From contig CAVWHO010000008.1 of assembly GCA_963754875.1 (NCBI GenBank), positions 32,001 through 96,000 of the forward strand: DNA of 64,000 nt, read 5' to 3'. Positions 59,107-64,000 of the stretch are shown piece by piece. This DNA comes from Nitrospirota bacterium. GTDB lineage: Bacteria > Nitrospirota > UBA9217. Made by a program: the position numbers and the translations under genes. The notes beneath the pieces are model-generated. The model searched no databases and had not been told where the DNA came from. It saw only the letters and a program-made list of their open reading frames with translations. Every line of letters starts with the position of its first letter. The stretch's first letter is position 1.

Positions 59107-61317
59107 ATGGATGATCATAAAGTAACAGGCCCATCCAAGGGATATCAGAAACAGGTCAAAAAAACGGATAAAGACGCTCGGCCGAAGCCGAAGGCAAATG
59201 TCAAGGTAGACTATTCCTCGCCGACGGCAAAGAAATGGCCGCTCCTCCTGGAAGCCCTTCAGAAGGGGGATCTCGAAGCGGTAAAAACGCTGATTGAAGA
59301 GGGTGTCAATGTGAATCTGATCCGCGACGGGGTCACGCCGTTGATGATTGCGTCGTCAGCAGGCCGCACAGAGATCGCAGAGGCGATTTTGCAAGCAGGC
59401 GTAAACGTAAATGAAAAATCCGACGACGGCTGGACAGCGTTGCATAAGGCGGCATTCGATCAGAAAGGACCTGCCATTGTTGATCTCCTGATGCAATCAG
59501 GGATCGATGTCGAGGCAAAAAACAAGTCAGGCAAGACTGCTCTGAACCTTGCTGGAGAAAAAGGACATCGTGAAATTGTCCGTGCAATAAAAAAACACCA
59601 GGCGCAGCTCGGCATTGACGCTCAAGAATGGGAAGATTTCCTGAACTCTTCGGAAGGGAAACCCTATAAACGACAAAAACTGTACGAAACGCTGACATTG
59701 TATTCCAAGCTCTTGTGGTTGCCCCCCCTTGTACTGGGAGGGGCCGGTCTTTTTTTGGGTTATCTACTCGGTGTCGTCATACTGTCGGCTTTCATCGGTA
59801 TCATCGTTGGGCTGCTTGTGGATTTTGCCTATTATTATCTCGATACGTCTACTCGGAAATATCTTGACAATATCGGACCATTACCGGAACTGGATATCCA
59901 TACGCTTCGGATGAAAAGGATGGCAGGAGAGCCAATACTGGGCGGGAAAAAAGAAGGGCCCGTTTCAGACGAAGAACTGGCCGCCAGCCGGTCCGATGAT
60001 ACTGTCACGGCGTCTGATGGAGTCCTTTCTTCGATAGAAGAAGAACCCGGCAGTGCGACGGATCTCGAAAGCAGTGATGCGGAAACACCCGCGTTTGAAG
60101 TCAGGGGAAATCGAGCATTAGTCACGGTCATCATAGCAGTTCTCGTCATTTTGATTCTCTCCGGCGTGGCATTTATCAATAGAGAGCCCCTTTCCAAAGT
60201 GTATTTTACCAAAATGCTAGAGCACCAGGGCATCCCGTTTACGGAACAGGCTTTCCTGGGTGAAGTAGCGAAGAATAACGAACAGACCGTTGATTTATTC
60301 GCCAAAGCCGGAATCAATAAAGATGCAGCTAATGAAAAAGGGCAAACCGCCCTCATTGTTGCCTCCGAAAAAGGCCTTACAACCATTCTTGAGAAACTTA
60401 TCAAAATTCAGGGGACCACGCTGAATCAGTTCGATAAGAGCGGGAATACTGCATTGATGACGGCCGTACGTCGCGGCCGCGAGCAGGCCGTGAAAATTCT
60501 CGTTGAAAACCGCGCAGACATTAATTTTATGGTTAAGTCCGATGACGGCGCCGCTACGGCACTCCAAGCGGCAGTGGATGCACCGGACTTCAAGGAAGAA
60601 CATCTGAGAATACTGCAATATCTCATTGAAAAGGGAGCGAATGTAAACGGCAGAAATACGAGAGGACAATCCCCCCTCTTGTTCGCGACAGATCATGGGA
60701 GAACGGAAGCAGCCAAAGGGCTGATAGAACACGGCGCTGATGTGAATGATACCGACCAGAAAGGTAATTTCCCCCTGCTGATTGCTGCGTGCAAGGGTTA
60801 TCCCTTTTTGGTCACGCTGCTTGTTGAAAAAGGCGCAAATACCGGCATGGCATTACCCGATGGAGATACTCCGCTCATGTGTGCAGCCCGGGAAGGCAGC
60901 GCAGATACCGTCAACGTGCTTCTCGAGAAGGGCGTAAACGTCAATGCAAAGAACAGCAGTGGCTCCACCGCTTTGACTGAAGCAACTGATACAGGCAATG
61001 TAGATATTGCAAAATTGCTTCTCATGCGAGGGGCCGACCCCGGTACCGGCTCTCTTCCCGTTTCGTTTGTCGCCTTACCAGGGAGAGCAATCGCCATCAC
61101 CGCAAAAAAGAAAAAAATAGCCGACATACTGGAGCGGATCGCTAAAACGGCCTCTCAAGACGGCTATGCGATCAAGGCTGAGTCCATGACGGACCGAAAA
61201 TCAACAATCACGGCAAAGGCTTCATGGAACAGGGTCCTGATTGATTTTGCGAAAAAAAATCGTCTCCTCTTAGTCGTAAAGAATAAAGAAATCTTCGTAT
61301 TCCCCTACGGGAAATGA
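59107..61317 (+). CDS. Membrane-spanning ankyrin-repeat protein
   Basis: Ankyrin repeats (GVTPLMIA, GWTALHKA; GNTALMTA, GQSPLLFA, GDTPLMCA) on both sides of three hydrophobic segments. Confidence 0.88.
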   Translation: MDDHKVTGPSKGYQKQVKKTDKDARPKPKANVKVDYSSPTAKKWPLLLEALQKGDLEAVKTLIEEGVNVNLIRDGVTPLMIASSAGRTEIAEAILQAGVNVNEKSDDGWTALHKAAFDQKGPAIVDLLMQSGIDVEAKNKSGKTALNLAGEKGHREIVRAIKKHQAQLGIDAQEWEDFLNSSEGKPYKRQKLYETLTLYSKLLWLPPLVLGGAGLFLGYLLGVVILSAFIGIIVGLLVDFAYYYLDTSTRKYLDNIGPLPELDIHTLRMKRMAGEPILGGKKEGPVSDEELAASRSDDTVTASDGVLSSIEEEPGSATDLESSDAETPAFEVRGNRALVTVIIAVLVILILSGVAFINREPLSKVYFTKMLEHQGIPFTEQAFLGEVAKNNEQTVDLFAKAGINKDAANEKGQTALIVASEKGLTTILEKLIKIQGTTLNQFDKSGNTALMTAVRRGREQAVKILVENRADINFMVKSDDGAATALQAAVDAPDFKEEHLRILQYLIEKGANVNGRNTRGQSPLLFATDHGRTEAAKGLIEHGADVNDTDQKGNFPLLIAACKGYPFLVTLLVEKGANTGMALPDGDTPLMCAAREGSADTVNVLLEKGVNVNAKNSSGSTALTEATDTGNVDIAKLLLMRGADPGTGSLPVSFVALPGRAIAITAKKKKIADILERIAKTASQDGYAIKAESMTDRKSTITAKASWNRVLIDFAKKNRLLLVVKNKEIFVFPYGK

Positions 61318-61387
61318 GAAAACCGTATTTTCAGGCACTGTGATTGAGACCGCATCTGAATGCTTTTGAGACCCGACGGAGGACGGC

Positions 61388-63116
61388 ATGCCAAAGGAAA
61401 TGAACGGAGCGGAAATCATGGTGAAGAGCCTTGAAGACCTGGGAGTGACCAGGATCTTCGGATATACGGGAGCGACGATCCTCCCGGTTTACCATGCACT
61501 TGGGCCAGAGCCCCATCGCAATCAACATCAATGCGAACGAACAATCCTGCGCCTTCAGCGCTGCAGCTTACTCACGGTCAAGCAGCGCCGTGGGTGTGGC
61601 CGTGGTCACGTCGGGTCCGGCCATTACGAATACGCTTACGGCCGTGGCGGATTCCTTTGCCGACTCGGTGCCATTGCTCGTGTTTGCGGGCCAGGTCCAG
61701 CAGAGCCGGCTCGATACCGACGAGTTCCAGCACATCAACGTCAAGGAAGTTTTTGCCAAGGCGGCGAAAAAAGTTATCCTCGTCACGGACAGCACCGATA
61801 TCGAGGAGACGGTCAAGGACGCCTACTTTTATGCCAAAGCCGGCAAACCCGGGCCGGTGGTCATCGATTTCCCCCTCGATGCCCAGAGAAAAAAGGGAGT
61901 TTACCAAGGGACCGCTGTTGAACGCTACCGGCATAAGTACGACCAGGAGACTCACCTCGGCAAGAACCAGTGCAAACAGTTCTTCGACCTTCTGCAAAAA
62001 TCAAAGCGCCCCCTGCTGTACATCGGCGGCGGCCTCAACTCCCGCGCTGCCAGCGACAGGATACGGGAATTCAACGGGATGTTCAATATCCCGCTGATCA
62101 ACAGCCTCATGGGCAAAGGCATCCTCGATGAGTCGCTGGACACCTCCCTCGGCATGCTCGGCATGTTCGGCACACCCTACGCGAACATGGCCATCCAGGA
62201 GACGGACCTGTTCGTGGCCTTCGGCGTCCGGTGGAACGACCGGGTGGTCCAGAAAGTCGGAGAGTCGGGCCTGAACGCAGAGATCGCGTATATCGATATC
62301 AATGCGGAAAAAGTGCAGGAGGTCAGGGTCACCCGCTATCCCAAGTTCTCCTTTATCGGTGACGCAAGCATTGTTCTCGAGGACCTCGTGGAGTATGCCA
62401 AGGAAAAGTCAATCACGCTCAACATCGGCGAATGGCAGAAACGGGCGGCCTCGCTGAAGCGACGTTTCCCGCTCAATTACAACCATACGGCAAAAGAGAT
62501 CCAGGCTGCCGAGGTCATGGACCTCCTGTCGCGCTACATTACCAAAGATACCAAAATCACTACGGGGGTAGGCAACCACCAGATGCTCGCCGCCCAGTAT
62601 CTCAAAACTGCGCAGCCGAAGTCTTTCATTACCTCGGGCGCATTCGGCACCATGGGCTTTTCTCTGCCCAGCTCGATCGGCGTGCATTATGCCAATCCCC
62701 ATGCACAGGTGATCGCCATTGACGGCGACGGCAGCATCAAGATGAACATGGGGGAGATCCATACCATCGGCTCGCTCGGCCTGCCCATCAAGGTGCTCAT
62801 GCTGAACAACCACGCAGACGGCATGGTGAGGTCCATCCAGGCGGTTTTTTACAATCGGCAGTTCACCGGTTCCGAACGTAACTTTGACGCGAACTTTTCC
62901 CATATCGCACAGGAGTGCGGCTTTACGTGGTGCCGCAAGGTCCGCTCACGGGAAGAGCTGGAGCCCGCACTCAAAGAGTTTCTTGCGGCACAAGGCCCCT
63001 GCTTCCTCGAAGTCGTGACCGACCGAGAGGAAGCGGTGTATCCCGTGATCCCCCAGGGCAAGGGGTACAAGGACATGGTCCTTGGCCCCTACATCAAAGA
63101 AGTTGCGGACGCGTAG
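61388..63116 (+). CDS. ilvB: Acetolactate synthase large subunit-like TPP enzyme (apparent frameshift near 61500)
   Basis: MNGAEI, IFGYTGA, TSGPAITN, GKPGPV, GTMGFSLP, IDGDGS. Confidence 0.88.
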
Positions 63117-63250
63117 CAACAGCGCGCACGAGGCACGGTCTTCAGCTTTTTTTAATGAACCACCGCACGAACAATCATACATTTCCGTTTCTATCCGTGT
63201 TCATCCGTGGTAATATATTTTTATAAAACGTGATTTCTTGCGAGGAGGAA

Positions 63251-63670
63251 GTGTTGGAGAAGACTTTTGCCATCATCAAACCAGACGCAGTCAGCAGAAA
63301 TATCTCCGGGAAGATACTTTCCAAGATCGAGGAGAATGGGTTCACGATTGTCGCCATGAAGAAACTCTGGCTCACTAAAAAGGAAGCCGAGGGCTTCTAC
63401 GCCGTACACAAAGGAAAGCCATTCTTTGAAAGTCTGACGTCCTATATGTCTTCGGCTCCCTGCGTTGCCATGGTGCTCGGAAAGAAAGACGCCATTGCGG
63501 CGTGGCGCAAACTCATGGGGGCCACGAACCCTGCGAACGCGGATCCGGGCACGGTCCGCAAAGAATTTGCCGTCGATCTCGAAAAGAACAGCGTCCATGG
63601 ATCCGACGCGCCTGAGACAGCGGCGTTCGAGATCAAATATTTCTTCAGCGAGATGGAGTTTACCGCCTGA
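63251..63670 (+). CDS. ndk: Nucleoside diphosphate kinase
   Basis: [35 protein letters not shown]. Confidence 0.97.
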   Translation: MLEKTFAIIKPDAVSRNISGKILSKIEENGFTIVAMKKLWLTKKEAEGFYAVHKGKPFFESLTSYMSSAPCVAMVLGKKDAIAAWRKLMGATNPANADPGTVRKEFAVDLEKNSVHGSDAPETAAFEIKYFFSEMEFTA

Positions 63671-63853
63671 CTGTCGCGCAAGAAAAACCGAGTGACGTTT
63701 TCTCCTGAGCAAATATGCGCCCCGTTGGATATTTCCGCTGTTCTAACGGGGTGTCATTTTTCAACGTACCGGTTGGGGCGTCAGATCGTCAGCGCACCAA
63801 CCTCATTTCCCGCGATGAAAAAACGGTGAGATTAACGAGTAGGTGAAACTGCG

Positions 63854-64000
63854 ATGGAAGGGAAACGGATACAGGACACCAGCGTCGTCATCGCCCAGAT
63901 GATGATCCCCCAGGATGCGAACCCTGCCGGCAACATCCACGGCGGTGTCATCATGAAACTGATTGACACGGCCGCATCCGTGGTTGCCGCCCGACATGCA
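63854..64000 (+). CDS. Acyl-CoA thioesterase (hotdog fold), partial
   Basis: MMIPQDANPAGNIHGGVIMKLIDTAA; runs off the window. Confidence 0.85.
   Translation, partial: MEGKRIQDTSVVIAQMMIPQDANPAGNIHGGVIMKLIDTAASVVAARHA

Overview
Bacterial chromosomal segment of moderately high GC. Gene content suggests Nitrospirota or Desulfobacterota (Geobacter-like); this is inference only. The left end (1-4.6 kb, all minus strand) is the most unusual part. It runs DEDDh exonuclease, then a four-helix-bundle (23S-IVS/Avd-like) gene wrapped in quasi-palindromic 9-nt AAACCGTTT arrays, then a complete ~2.0-kb group II intron, then the 5' part of a type I-E cas3. The intron's EBS1 loop is complementary to the core of the 9-mer repeat, and it has inserted into a palindrome at the array end. 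A short stub resembling a second cas3 N-terminus sits just before the cas3 start. Further along are an ElsL-like YkuD domain fused to a MurC/Mpl-like ligase, an NHEJ operon (two Ku genes, split LigD, DUF72), cspA, and a housekeeping block (glmU-glmS-pcrA-gatC-panD-gatA-gatB). These are followed by an oxpG-like type II secretion cluster with no ATPase or platform gene, a cupredoxin, phoBR and pstSCAB-phoU, mtnA, gcvT, a lytic transglycosylase, a membrane-spanning ankyrin protein, ilvB, ndk and a partial acyl-CoA thioesterase. Eight genes, including essential gatA, carry apparent small frameshifts, most likely assembly indel errors. No CRISPR array, rRNA or tRNA was recognised.
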